Shown here: one piece after another, positions 10,705 to 21,077 of the stretch
How the letters are laid out: the number at the start of each line of letters is the position of its first letter
Position numbering within the stretch: the stretch's first letter is position 1
Assembly: GCA_963825135.1 (NCBI GenBank)
Contig: CAWGRW010000013.1
Span: 1 to 22,387 of the forward strand
Source of the DNA: an uncultured bacterium
Lineage (GTDB): Bacteria; Desulfobacterota_D; UBA1144; Nemesobacterales; UBA2774
Direction: 5' to 3'
Length of the DNA: 22,387 nt
Notes under the pieces: generated by a model
What the model was told of the DNA's origin: nothing
Seen by the model: only the letters and a program-made list of their open reading frames with translations
Database searches by the model: none
Made by a program: the position numbers and the translations under genes

Positions 10705-12314
10705 TCAATAGTCGCGCCAGAGAATCGCCGAGATGGTGCCTTCGTCCTGGATCACTTCGAGAATGTCGAGAAACGCATTCAACCTGACGTTGTTGACGAC
10801 GACCTGATAGACGAGCCGTCTCCCGCTCCTGGTGTCGATGTACCCGGCGAACGCCTCGCCCTTCACGACGAAACCCGTCTCGTCCCCGCCGGCGAACGTG
10901 CCGGTCTTGGCGTGCACCTGTCCCTTCGCTCCGGCGAGGGTCGGGTCGGACAGGAAACCGTCGACGAACACCATGGAGCCATCAACGGCGAGGATCGGGA
11001 GCGAGTCGAAGAAAGCCTCGAACGCCGGCTGCTCCGCCATGATCTCGAGCCATCTCGTCACGACCTCGTTCTTCGCCGTGGTCTCGCCGCCGCCGTCGCC
11101 GTTGATGAAGGAGAAGTCGTCTCCGGGAAAGCCGTACACACTCGTCAGCATCTCCCTCTCGGCGACGAGCGCGTCGTCCATGTTGTCGACCCCTTGCGTG
11201 TTGCCCCAGAGGAGGAGGCTCGCGTTCGCCCCCAGGTTGTAACTCAACTTGTTGATCAGCTTCGCGTAGTCGGCGTACGGGAAGGAGGTGAACGACGTCA
11301 CGAGGTCTTCCTCGGAATACGAGTTCCTGGGCGGGAGCTTCGCCACGGGATTCTCGGCCACGGGATCGGCAAGCACGGTGACGCCCGCGTTCTCGAGAAG
11401 CTCGATGAGCACCGTACGCGCGTAGTTCTGCGGCTCCGTGATCCTGATCGTCTGGACGAGCGGGAACTCGTTCGTGAACGGGGGGACGAAGTCCACCGGA
11501 AGCTGTCCGGACACGGCGGACGTGCAGCCGGGCTCGCCGATGCAGGCGGGGAACCCGGGGTCGATCCGAGGGTGAACTCCGTGCCCGGGCCCGACGTGAC
11601 GAGATGGTTCACGACCCCGAGTGCTGCTGATCGGGGACGCCAGTCGACCACGGCGGGCATGCCCTCCGAGCCGGGACTCATGATGAGATCGACGCAGTCG
11701 TCGTTGACGAAGATCGATCTCATGTCGAACTCTCCCCTGAACGAGTAGGGTTCCCAGAGTCTGTCGTCGATGACGACGTCGTTCACCTGGATGATGCCCG
11801 AGGCCGCGATCTGCTGCGCGATGGCCTTGTAGCCCTCGAGCGGGTCGGGCTTCGTGAGCACGGCATTGCCAAACGAGCTGGCTTCGTTGTGGTCGAAGTC
11901 GGTGATCGCAAACTGCCCGTCCTCCTTCGTCCTGCCGCCCATCGAGATGTCGCCCGAAGCGACGAGGATCAGGTCGCCGTCGAGAACCCCCGCGCCGTCG
12001 ACTTCGCCTCGCTTGTAGATGGGTGTGATGAAGAGGTGATCGGGTCCTAGTTCGTTGAAGAGTTCGCCGACGGAGAAGATCTTCCTCACCGAGCCGATGA
12101 GGAAATCGTAATCGGGCCTGTAGTTGATCAGGACCTCGCCCGTGTCGAGGTCCTGGACCCGAAGCCCCCAGACAGAGTCCGAGTAGAGCGGCTTGTCGAA
12201 GATCGCGCGGATGCTGGCGGGGACCTTCGAGTCCCCGCTCGACGAGCAGGCCTCGAGGCCAAAAGCGGCCGTCACGACCAATAAGAACGCGAGTAAAGGT
12301 TTCCGGTATTTCAT
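10705..12314 (-). CDS. dacB: D-Ala-D-Ala carboxypeptidase/endopeptidase (peptidase S13), paralog 2, lipoprotein; frameshift near 11567
   Basis: ORFs 11298..12314 (lipobox-like LEA-C, SVRK) and 10705..11514 (SYN, KTGT, ...LWRDY) join into a protein collinear with paralog 1. Confidence 0.88.
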
Positions 12315-12506
12315 GTACTATCCTCCGTTAAGAGAGTGCGATTTAGCTTATCAGGAAAATATAATAATAAACAATTATAACCTTGGCTGGAGGTGTATGG
12401 GAAATGGGGGGCTATTTCCGTCGTCGTGAACCATGTCCCGTGCCGCGCGCCGGTAGCTCGAACAAGGATTGGGAATATTCAGCGGTTGGAACTTCTGATT
12501 ATTGAC

Positions 12507-13176
12507 TCACAACGCTTCGTGCATCTTCGCCGAGGAGGCGGGGTCGACGGGGAATTTCACGCTCTCGTAGAAGATCGCCAGGGTGCATTCGGACTTGTCG
12601 TCGGCAGACTTCCTGTCGTCGAGCTCGATCATGATTTTAGTCCTGTCGTTTATCGTGGGCCAGATGTACCTTAAACCGTATCTCCCCGTGCATATCTCCG
12701 CGGGGTGCTCGTAGACGGTGTCCTCGCTCTCGTTCTCGGCGTATTTCGCCTGTCCGTCGGGCTCCTTCCCGGTCTCCTCGGTTATCTTGTCCGTTCGCCT
12801 GTCAAACTCGTCGATATAGCCCTTCGCGTCCGCCTTGGGGTTGTCCATGTGGAGTATGGCCATGCCGAGCTTGCCGTCCGGGAAGAGGTAGACGAGGTTG
12901 TAGTCGGGTACGTCGATATCCATGGATAGCTCCATTGATTTCCCATCCAGGTCGGGATGCGTATGGATAATTTCGCGCGTAGGCCCGCCTTTGACGAAGT
13001 ATACGAGTATGCTGTCAGTTTCCTTGATTTTCTCGGCCTTTTCGTGCTTCATGGCACTCTTCTTTCGACATGCCCCACTTAACGTCCCTCAGGTCGGGCT
13101 TTTCGCCCGCCGCGAAGGACAGGGCCGCCGGGGATAGCAATAATAAGGCGATTACGGCAAGTGATTTGATGTTCAT
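12507..13176 (-). CDS. Secreted hypothetical protein, 'WGM' family member 1; frameshift near 13055
   Basis: MNIKSLAVIALLLLSPAALSFA signal and PDLRDVKWGMSKEE, continuing into ORF 12507..13052; homologous to 14110..14807. Confidence 0.78.
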
Positions 13177-13269
13177 GGGTCTCCGCTCCCGTTCAGGGTG
13201 TTGCGGATATTATAGTGCCGGAAGGGCGGGGGACGCAAGAGGGGGATGTGTGCCGATGGTCGAACGGGA

Positions 13270-14109
13270 GGGCTCGCAATGACAAAGGAAAGGCGAAAGG
13301 CTATTTGATTTATCCTTCTTTTCCTTGATGAACACACATAGTGTGAACTTTCGAAAAGACACAGAAAAAGCAAAGACAATAGATTTTCTTCTTTGTCTGG
13401 ATACAAAGAAGCAAAAATCATCCGACTACAGAATTGTGCGGAAAATCTCATGTACTCGCTAAATCTTCCAATTCAACCCCACCACGCGTAAGATTCTTAA
13501 CGCTCGTACAATCGATTTTCCATACGCAAATTCTGTAATGTCGGTAACGTGCTTCGACTAGCTCAGCGCGAACGGGTTTACATATCTAGGTACACCCCCA
13601 CCCTGGCTGTTTTGGCCTAGGCAACGTAAAGCCGGAAGTTAATGTACTTCGGTGACTTCGCTGAGAGAGTGACCAGTTGCGCGCTTGCTTGCAACTGTTC
13701 CCCCCTCCTATTGAGGGGGAGGGAAATAATGTTCGCACCCTTCGACGGGCTCAGGGTGAACGGATTGGATTGTGCCGAGGGGGGATGTGAGAGATCATAT
13801 GCTCGCGGGTGCTCACCCGCCGCAGATTCTGTAATGTCGGGAAGAAAAGACTCCCTGATTGATAGGAGTGATAAAGGTAAACCCCCACCCATACCCTCCC
13901 CCTCAAGGGGGAGGGAGAGAAGACATGAGAGCCCTTCGACGGGCTCAGGGTGAACGGGGCGTCGCGTCGCCGCTGACAATCGAGAGCATTGCGGAAGCGG
14001 AGGAGTCGCACTAGAATCGTAAAAACGCACTATGTGCGTGTGTGCCCGCCGCAAATTGTGAAATGTCGGGGAAAGGAAAGACGAGATCGCCGCGCTGCGT
14101 TTCACTGCG
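13270..14109. repeat. Mosaic repeat block 4
   Basis: Leader, element A 13388-13544, then a segment paralleling 3998-4140 but with an insert at ~13608-13699; abuts the stop at 14110. Confidence 0.9.
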
Positions 14110-14807
14110 CTAGAGTGTCTCGTGGAGCTCGTTCGAGAGGGCGGGGTCCATCGGGTACTTCACGCTCTCGTAGAAAACGGAGAGGTTGCAGTCGGGCTCG
14201 TGGGAGAACTTCTTCTGGTCGAGCACTATGGTGATGTCGGTGCTGTTTTTGAAAGTGGGCCAGGCGTGTTTGAGGGAGTACTGTCCTTCGCAAATCTCCC
14301 GGGGCGCGGAATAGGGGTCGTCCTTCGGCGCGCTCACGTCGTACTCGGCGACTCCCGAGGCGGGGGTGCCCGTCTCCTTCGAAATCTCCGCGGACTTTTC
14401 CCTGAGGAGCCTGATGTATTCGGCGGGGTCCTGGGCAGTATCGCGGAGGTGAAGCACGGCCATGCCTAGCCTGCCGTCCTTAAACGCGTAGACGACGTCG
14501 TATTCGGGCTCGGGCGTTTCGACCTCTATGGTTACGCGCGGACTCTCCCGGGCGCTGCCGTCCCCGGGCTTCGCGTCGAGTCTCGACCTTTACCGTGCCC
14601 TCGGATTCAACGGTCGCGAACCCGCCGCCGATCCTGTAAATCAGCACCTCGTTGCCCTCCTTCATGAGCTCCGCGGTCTCGCGTTTCCTGACCTCTTCTT
14701 TGGACATGCCCCACCTTACGTCCCTGAAATCGGGCTTCCTGTCGCGCGAGCAGGACGACGCGGCGAGGGATATCGATACCGCAAGAAATATAGCTCTCTA
14801 GTTGCAT
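14110..14807 (-). CDS. Hypothetical lipoprotein, 'WGM' family member 2; several frameshifts
   Basis: Reconstructed MQLRAIFLAVSISLAASS-C...PDFRDVRWGMSKEEV. C-terminus EICEGQYSLKHAWPT...FYESVKYPMDPA..HETL matches member 1 (EICTGRYGLRYIWPT...FYESVKFPVDPA..HEAL). Confidence 0.75.
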
Positions 14808-14909
14808 CCGAGGTCCTCACACCGGGCGGGGGGGAGAGGGATATATTATGTTCGGGGGAGGGGGAATAAGCAAGGAATGGGGGGTTATTCCGGTGAAGTG
14901 GAATATGAG

Positions 14910-15803
14910 TTATCGAGTGTCTTCCAAAAACTCCTCGATCGCGTTGAGTACGGCGGCGGGTGCGTCCTCCTGGAGAAAGTGCGAGGCGTCGGGTATCTCG
15001 ACTGAGCGGGCGTGCGGATAGACGCTCTTCCAGATCTCGAGCAGGACCGGCGGGAGTATCGGGTCGAGCATGCCCCACACTATGAGCACGGGGATGTTCT
15101 CGAACATCCCAAGATTCTTTTCTATCGCCGCCATGTCGTCCCACGAGGGATCCCCTTCGTCGACCGGGATGTCCCTCGACCAGCAGAGGAGCGCCCGCCT
15201 CGATTCGGGCGTGGGGAAGGGCGCCATGTACGCGCCCATCACCTCGGGGGTTATCTTCTCCGGATAATTCACAGTGCCCGTGATCGCGCGGCCGACGTAC
15301 CCGTTTTTCTCCAGCACGAACTGCTCCCCGCGCGGGGACCTTATCATCTCGACAAGTTTCGGGAAGGGCGCTCCGGGCCAGCGCGCGAAGGCCCAGGTGT
15401 TCGTGAGCACGAGGCGTTTTATGAGTTCCGGGCGTCTCACGGCGAAGCCCAGGCCGACGGGGCCTCCCCAGTCGTGGACTACGAGCGTGATGTCCGAGAG
15501 GCCTAACGAGAGGACGAGCGATTCGAGGTTGTCTATGTGGCGGCCGAGGCGGTAAGGGTAGGGCCCTTCGGGCGCGTCCGATTTGCCCATGCCCATGTGG
15601 TCGGGGACAATGACGCGGCGCCCGGCCGATAGAGCCGGGATGAACTCCCTCCAGAGATACCCCCACGTAGGGTCGCCGTGGAGCATGAGCACCGGCTCGC
15701 CCTCTCCTTCGTCGATATAATGCATATCGAATCCGCCCGCGCCAGAGAAGCGCGGAGCGAAGGGGAACGTGCCGCCGAATGTCTCGTCCCTGATGCCGGG
15801 CAT
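14910..15803 (-). CDS. Alpha/beta-fold hydrolase, haloalkane dehalogenase/OleB-like
   Basis: MHYIDEGEG, LHGDPTW, PDHMGMGKSD, nucleophile elbow VVHDWGG, WGMLD, catalytic SHFLQED. Confidence 0.88.
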   Translation of the reverse strand: MPGIRDETFGGTFPFAPRFSGAGGFDMHYIDEGEGEPVLMLHGDPTWGYLWREFIPALSAGRRVIVPDHMGMGKSDAPEGPYPYRLGRHIDNLESLVLSLGLSDITLVVHDWGGPVGLGFAVRRPELIKRLVLTNTWAFARWPGAPFPKLVEMIRSPRGEQFVLEKNGYVGRAITGTVNYPEKITPEVMGAYMAPFPTPESRRALLCWSRDIPVDEGDPSWDDMAAIEKNLGMFENIPVLIVWGMLDPILPPVLLEIWKSVYPHARSVEIPDASHFLQEDAPAAVLNAIEEFLEDTR

Positions 15804-15949
15804 GACGTTACAACCATACAATATTTATAAGCGGGGTGTCTATGGGGCGGGGCATTCACTCTCGTGAAACGCGGAGGGAGGTAATTACGTGTACGACGCA
15901 CCCGCGCGGCTCAGGCGGAACGGGATTTTTCTCCGTGTATTTCCGCGGC

Positions 15950-17030
15950 CGATGAACACACGTAGTGTGATTTGTGAAAACACCGTGCACCTAAAGTGGT
16001 CTATGAAAAGATAATGAAAAGACAAGAAAGGTGAAAGGCTATATTTTTATCCTTCTTTTCCTTGATGAAAAAGAAGCAAAAATCGCATACATAGTGTGGA
16101 TTATGAAAAGACAATGTTATTTTCTTCTTTGTCTGGATACAAAGAAGCAAAAATCATCCGACTACATAATTTGCTAAAAATCTCGTGTACTCGCTAAATC
16201 TTCCGATCCCGCCCCATCGGAACAGTAGCTTAGCGATGTCCGTGGTTAACTAACGTCGTGCGGATAGGAGAGGGTGTCCGAATGCGCGCTCGCTTGCATT
16301 CGTTCCGCGTAAGATTCTTAACGCTCGTACAATCGATTTTCTCAACGCAAATTCTGTAATGTCGGGAAGGAAAAGACGAGATTGCCGCGCTGCTATGCAG
16401 ATTTGTATATGGTCTGTCCTTCCCATGGCACAGTAGCTTGCTCGCGTTTTGCGGAGGGCGACCGATTGCTTACTAGCTCGCAATCGTTGCAATGACAGGA
16501 AGATTAATGTAGGAGCGGCTTCCAGCCGCGATTTGTTTGAGCGGACAAAGGAGAGACAAAGGAAAAGCCCAATTTTATTTCTTCTTTTCCTTGATGAAAA
16601 GAAGCAAAAATCATTCCGACTACAGAATTATGCTAAAAATCTCATGTACTCACTAAATCTTCCGATTCAACCCCAGCCCACGTAAGATTTTTAACGCTCG
16701 TACAATCGATTTTCTTAACGCAAATTCTGTAATGTCGGGAATATAAAAACGAAAGACGGATTTCTCACTATTAGAATTTGATTCAGCGTTTTGCCAAGCT
16801 CAACAAATTCCGTTCTGGTTAGTGAGAGCGTCCGGTTCTTACGCTTGCTCGGAACCGTTGTTCGAAATGACAGGAAAGGAGATACTTGAGGTCGTATGCC
16901 CGCGGGTGCTCACCCGCCGCAGATTCTGTAATGTCGGAAAGAAAAAGAAAAAACTAGATTGCCGCGGTTTCTGCGAAGCCTCGCAATGACAGGGTAAATC
17001 AGAGAGAGGGGATTTATTTGCGGATTCTGT
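15950..17030. repeat. Mosaic repeat block 5 (two element-A copies, three inserts)
   Basis: Leader, A 16124-16365 and 16581-16738, GTAG-type REP tgtaggagcggcttccagccgcga ~16508; inserts 16219-16304, ~16395-16488, 16771-16859. Confidence 0.9.
16219..16304. mobile_element. 86-nt structured insert inside element A loop (family of 7 inserts)
   Basis: Removing it restores ccgccccatc|ccgcgtaag, the empty loop at 20821-20839, with no duplication. Ends in agggtgtc, a 7-bp stem with 10-nt loop, then tt. Confidence 0.75.
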
Positions 17031-17032
17031 GC

Positions 17033-17761
17033 CTACTGCTGCGGTTCGTCGCCCGCGCCGGAGAGGAGGAATTTGATGGCGTCGGACGAGCGGGCGGGCG
17101 GGAGCTTGAGCGTCTCCGAGTATAGCTCCGCTATGGCGAAGCAGACCTTCTTCTTGTCCTCTTCGGAGAGCTCCGTCTGCGCCGTGTAGTCGATCTCCGG
17201 GCCGTACTTCGCGACGACGTTCGATGAGACGCGGCCTACGTCCCTTTTCGCCTGCTTCACGTCCTTGAGCTTCGCGGGCTCCGTGTGAGCGGACCTGATA
17301 ATGAGCGCAATCGCCCTTAAGACCTCGTTCTGCTCCTCGGGCGTCATGAGGGTCCACATGCACTGCTCGTTGCCGTTTATGAGATCGACGCAGCACTCGG
17401 GGTCGCTGTTTCCGGCCTTCCGGAACACGCCTATGAAGGAAGTGATGAACGCCGAGGTCGCTTCGTGCGAGGCGAGGGGCAGGTCGTTTCCGAGGAGCGC
17501 CGCGATCTTATCGCCGTTGGACGCTATTATATCGTCCATCTTGCCGCCCTTGATAATCGCCGTTTTCGTATCGGACAGTATTTGCTTGTAGAGGTCGGGG
17601 TAGTATTCCTTTATCTCAGGGAACGCGGGGACTTCGAGCATGCGGGACTCGGCCGTGTAGTAGTAGTAGAACCTCATCATCTGGGGGTAGGCCCAGTAGT
17701 AGATTACGAGCACCGCGGCTACGACCGCCAGAATCCTTACGACAGCGCGAATCGGTTTCAT
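17033..17761 (-). CDS. Hypothetical protein with N-terminal membrane anchor (242 aa)
   Basis: Intact ORF with GAGG RBS and hydrophobic ILAVVAAVLVIYYWAY; no family recognised. Confidence 0.8.
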   Translation of the reverse strand: MKPIRAVVRILAVVAAVLVIYYWAYPQMMRFYYYYTAESRMLEVPAFPEIKEYYPDLYKQILSDTKTAIIKGGKMDDIIASNGDKIAALLGNDLPLASHEATSAFITSFIGVFRKAGNSDPECCVDLINGNEQCMWTLMTPEEQNEVLRAIALIIRSAHTEPAKLKDVKQAKRDVGRVSSNVVAKYGPEIDYTAQTELSEEDKKKVCFAIAELYSETLKLPPARSSDAIKFLLSGAGDEPQQ

Positions 17762-17940
17762 CTTGCCTCAATGGGGAAAAATTGCCCGGGATAACTGAAT
17801 TATACTCGGAGAATCGGGAGGTGTGAAATTTTTGCGCGGCGGGTTAAGAACCGGTGAAAAAGGTTTATTATTTCTTTTAATTATGGTATATTGGGCGTAG
17901 ATTAAGCGGAAGGGTGATATGCCCTTATAGGAGGAGCTAT

Positions 17941-18468
17941 ATGAAACACATTATTAAAGCATGTTACGTACTATTGATTATTGCCGTTCCGGGAACCATG
18001 ATCGTCCCCTCGCTCACCCGAAGCGCGGGCGCGCAGAGTTGCGAGCTGGTCATATGCAAGTCGGCCGAAGGCGCGGGGGATACGCCGTTCGAAGTAAGGT
18101 TCGAAGTGGGCGGTGAGGTGGGCAAGGGAGTGCTGGTCGATCAGGGACTGTGCATCCTGCAAACGTTCGATTCGCCCAATACGCTGACAGTCGCGGAATT
18201 GCCGACGCCCGGATGGGTGCTCGACGATGTGTTATGCCCCGGCATCAACGGAATTGAGATCACCGACACCAACGACGGGTTTGTGGCCGAATGCGTGTCG
18301 TCGAGCGCAGGCCACGTGCACGCTGGTCAACGTGAGGGAACGGCCGAGGCGAACGTCCCGACGCTCGGCGAATGGGGCGTGTTAGTATGGCCGCGGGCCT
18401 CGGATTGTATCGGGGTGTTCTTCGCGTTGAAACGGCTTCGGGCGGGCAGAGGCTCCGAGCAGGCGTAA
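17941..18468 (+). CDS. IPTL-CTERM surface protein, type B (possibly prealbumin/SpaA-like beta domain)
   Basis: GGAGG RBS; signal peptide; LVICKSAEGAGD..F and ELPTPGWVLDDVLC motifs; NVPTLGEWG tail with apparent compensating indels. Confidence 0.8.
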   Translation: MKHIIKACYVLLIIAVPGTMIVPSLTRSAGAQSCELVICKSAEGAGDTPFEVRFEVGGEVGKGVLVDQGLCILQTFDSPNTLTVAELPTPGWVLDDVLCPGINGIEITDTNDGFVAECVSSSAGHVHAGQREGTAEANVPTLGEWGVLVWPRASDCIGVFFALKRLRAGRGSEQA

Positions 18469-18498
18469 GAACCGGAATCGCATCAACTAAGGAAATAG

Positions 18499-18934
18499 AT
18501 GAGGCGGATAATTAAAGCCTGTTGCGTCTTATTGATTATCGCCGTTGCGGAATCATGATCGTCCCCTCTTTCGCGCGGAGCGCGCAGGGCTGCCGGCTGG
18601 TTATATGCCTGGAGGCCGACGGCGCGGGGGATGCGCCTTTCAATATCGGGATCGAGGACGGCGGAAAGACGGAGAAGAAAGCGCTGGTTGATATGGGGTC
18701 GTGTATCCAGGAGTCCCTCGTCCCGTCCGTTACGCTTAAAGTCACGGAGCTGCTGACGCTCGGATGGGTGCTCGACGATGTGGTGTGCACGGGCCTCAGG
18801 GAATAAAGATCACCAAAACGAAGGATGAGTTCGCAGCTAGGTGCGCGTCGTCCGGTGAAGGCGGGTGCACGGTTGAGAACGAGAGGGAGTGGCCGGATAA
18901 TATCCGGCGGGGGATACGGCGGCCAGCGCGGTAA
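18499..18934 (+). CDS. Type-B paralog lacking the IPTL-CTERM anchor (frameshifted; possibly pseudogene)
   Basis: Reconstructed MRRIIKAC..LLIIAV...LVICLEADGAGDAPF...GWVLDDVVC..IKITKTKDEFAARCASSGEGGCTVENEREWPDNIRRGIRRPAR*; collinear with the 17941 gene. Confidence 0.65.
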
Positions 18935-18982
18935 AACATTCGATAGGCGCTGACGTAAATGCGGAATAGGGAGACATACTAT

Positions 18983-19742
18983 ATGCGCGGTATATGTTCG
19001 CTCGGAGCGGTGATAATGTTCGTTATCCTGGCGGCGGTTGTCGGTGCGTCTCCGGCATTTGCGCAGGTAGATTTCCTGTTCGACAAAGGCGAATACATAG
19101 CGAACCATCCGACCAGCTCGTTCAGACCTTTCGAGGCGGGCAACGTAGCCCGGGGCGGCAGCCAGATCTGCGGTGACGTAGTGAACTCGTTCACAAACGA
19201 CGTACTGTTTCCGCCGGCGGACATACTGCCGGGGCTCCAGTTCATGACCAACTTCGTCGGAAAGCCCCTGTATATCGAGGGCGAGCACGTAGGCGGCGAA
19301 GGGAACCCCGGAAAGGTGCTCGGGACGCAGACTGACGGCACTAACGAGTTTCTGGAGATAGAATTCCCGCAGGGCGGGGTACACGCCGCGGGGAATCGTT
19401 CCGGGATGCTTCGACGGATCACCCGGATGCGAGGCTACTTACTTGTTCAGCGTGTACGGCGAGGGTGACGTATTGATCGACGATACGAAGGTGGAGGTGA
19501 CCGACAGGTTCGACACGTTCATCGGATTCGATTCGCCCGTGCCGGTGACGAAGGTCGCCATATCGGACCTGAACGGGACTACGACGTTTGAGGCGGTGGA
19601 TGAGGTGAGGTTCGGCAGGGCGGACGCGAATATCCCGGCTCTGTCGGAGTGGGGAATGATAGCGGCTGCTGCGGGATTAGGATTGGTCGGGGTGTTCTTC
19701 GCGGTGAGAAGGAAACGGCTGCAAGCAAGAATTTCTACTTGA
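18983..19742 (+). CDS. IPTL-CTERM surface protein, type A; frameshift(s) ~19390-19445
   Basis: Signal ...SPAFA-QVDF and FPPADILPGLQF; continues in 19443..19742 with FDTFIG and NIPALSEWGMIAAAAGLGLVGVFFAVRRKR. Confidence 0.83.
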
Positions 19743-19772
19743 ATAAAATAAATAATTTTCGAGGAGGATCGT

Positions 19773-20306
19773 ATGAATAAAGTATTGAATTCGTTTTTGG
19801 AACTTTCGGTATTCATATTGGCGGCCGTCTGTATAGCGTCGTTCGGAGACAGCGCGAGCGCGCAGCCGCCGTGCGCGGTGACAATCTGCAAGTCAGCTCC
19901 GGGAGCGGGGGACCAGGGTTTTCTAATCGATTTCACCGATTCCGGTATGACAGAAACTGTAGAGCTCTTCGACGGAGGGGACTGCATTACGACGCAATTA
20001 AATTTTGACGCCGACGTCGATATCACGGAGCAGCCTACACCCGGCTGGACGCTCGACGATGTCCTCTGCGATTCCAGCACGGGGTTTGAGTTTACCGCTA
20101 TACCGGGTGGTATTACCGCCCTCTGCACGAGTGAGGCTCTGTCTGAGACGACCTGCACATTCGTCAACGTTCCGGGAGTTACGAGTAATGCTATCCCGAC
20201 TCTGTCCCAGTGGGGGATGATCGCGGCCGCTGCGGGATTAGGATTGATCGGAGTGTTCTTCGCCGTCAGGAAACGGTTACAAGCGAGCAACGAATTCGAT
20301 GAATAA
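19773..20306 (+). CDS. IPTL-CTERM surface protein, type B (intact, 177 aa)
   Basis: GAGGAGG RBS; signal peptide; VTICKSAPGAGD, EQPTPGWTLDDVLC and TCTFVN motifs; AIPTLSQWG TM tail. Confidence 0.92.
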   Translation: MNKVLNSFLELSVFILAAVCIASFGDSASAQPPCAVTICKSAPGAGDQGFLIDFTDSGMTETVELFDGGDCITTQLNFDADVDITEQPTPGWTLDDVLCDSSTGFEFTAIPGGITALCTSEALSETTCTFVNVPGVTSNAIPTLSQWGMIAAAAGLGLIGVFFAVRKRLQASNEFDE

Positions 20307-20477
20307 GAGAATTCGGACGCCCTGAGCTGAGAATCTCGAATGCTTGTGTTCATAGGATGATCTATTGAACCCGAAATAAACCGGACGCCAAAGGCTCATT
20401 GCGGAATTCTTATCGACACTGCATAGAAGTAATTGAAGCCAAAGTGAGGGCGCAGGCGGTATAGACGGGAAATAACA

Positions 20478-21057
20478 GCGAGATTCCCGATAGATGCTCA
20501 CGGGAATGACAGAAAGGAAAAGCGGGACCCTGAAACCAGTTCAGGGTGACTTCGAAGTTGCCCCTTTCTTCCGCAATGGAGGGAAGGGGCTTTTTTTACG
20601 GTCGGAGAGAAAGACAAAGAAAGGCGCAAGGCTATTTGATTGATCCTTCTTTTCCTTGATGAAAAGAAGCACACACATAGTGTGAACATTCGAAAAGACA
20701 AGAGAAAGGAAAAGGCTAAGACAATATTATTTTCTTCTTTGTTCTGGATACAAAGAAGCAAAACTCATCCGACTACAGAATTGTGCTAAAAATCTCATGT
20801 ACTCGCTAAATCTTCCAATTCCGCCCCATCCCGCGTAAGATTTTTAACGCTCGTACAATCGATTTTCTTAACGCAAATTCTGTAATGTCGGGGAAAAAGA
20901 AAAAACTAAATCCCCCTTAATCCCCCTTTTTCTAAGGGGGAAATTGAAGGGAAGAGACCCTTCGACAGCACACTTCGTGTGCGCTCAGCACGAAGGGGTT
21001 TGGCTTCGCTTGTTGGTTGAGCTGAGGAGTCACGGAAGAATCGTAGAGACACACAAT
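20478..21057. repeat. Mosaic repeat block 6
   Basis: REP-like modules, leader, element A 20734-20891, further palindromes; ends ~20 bp before the stop of the minus-strand gene at 21078. Confidence 0.88.
20560..20597 (+). terminator. Rho-independent terminator after second IPTL array
   Basis: gcccctttcttcc-gcaat-ggagggaaggggc followed by T7. Confidence 0.8.
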
Positions 21058-21077
21058 GAGCGAGCGGGCCGGATGTT

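Noticed and set aside
10690..11748. Long antisense or alternate-frame ORFs (10690..11748, 14716..15666, 18536..19384, 19439..20353)
   Set aside because: They are shadows of recognisable genes in GC-rich DNA.
13617..14105. ORFs inside repeat blocks (e.g. 13617..14105, 4301..4660, 9619..9954, 16449..16685)
   Set aside because: They are chance translations of palindromic modules; frames are not preserved between copies.
16219..16304. Inserts as tRNAs or group II intron domain V/VI remnants
   Set aside because: No TTCRA T-loop, acceptor stem or CCA, and no AGC/CGC-triad domain V helix recognisable on either strand.
20307..20477. Small gene or gene remnant after the second IPTL array
   Set aside because: No convincing ORF with an RBS or recognisable similarity.
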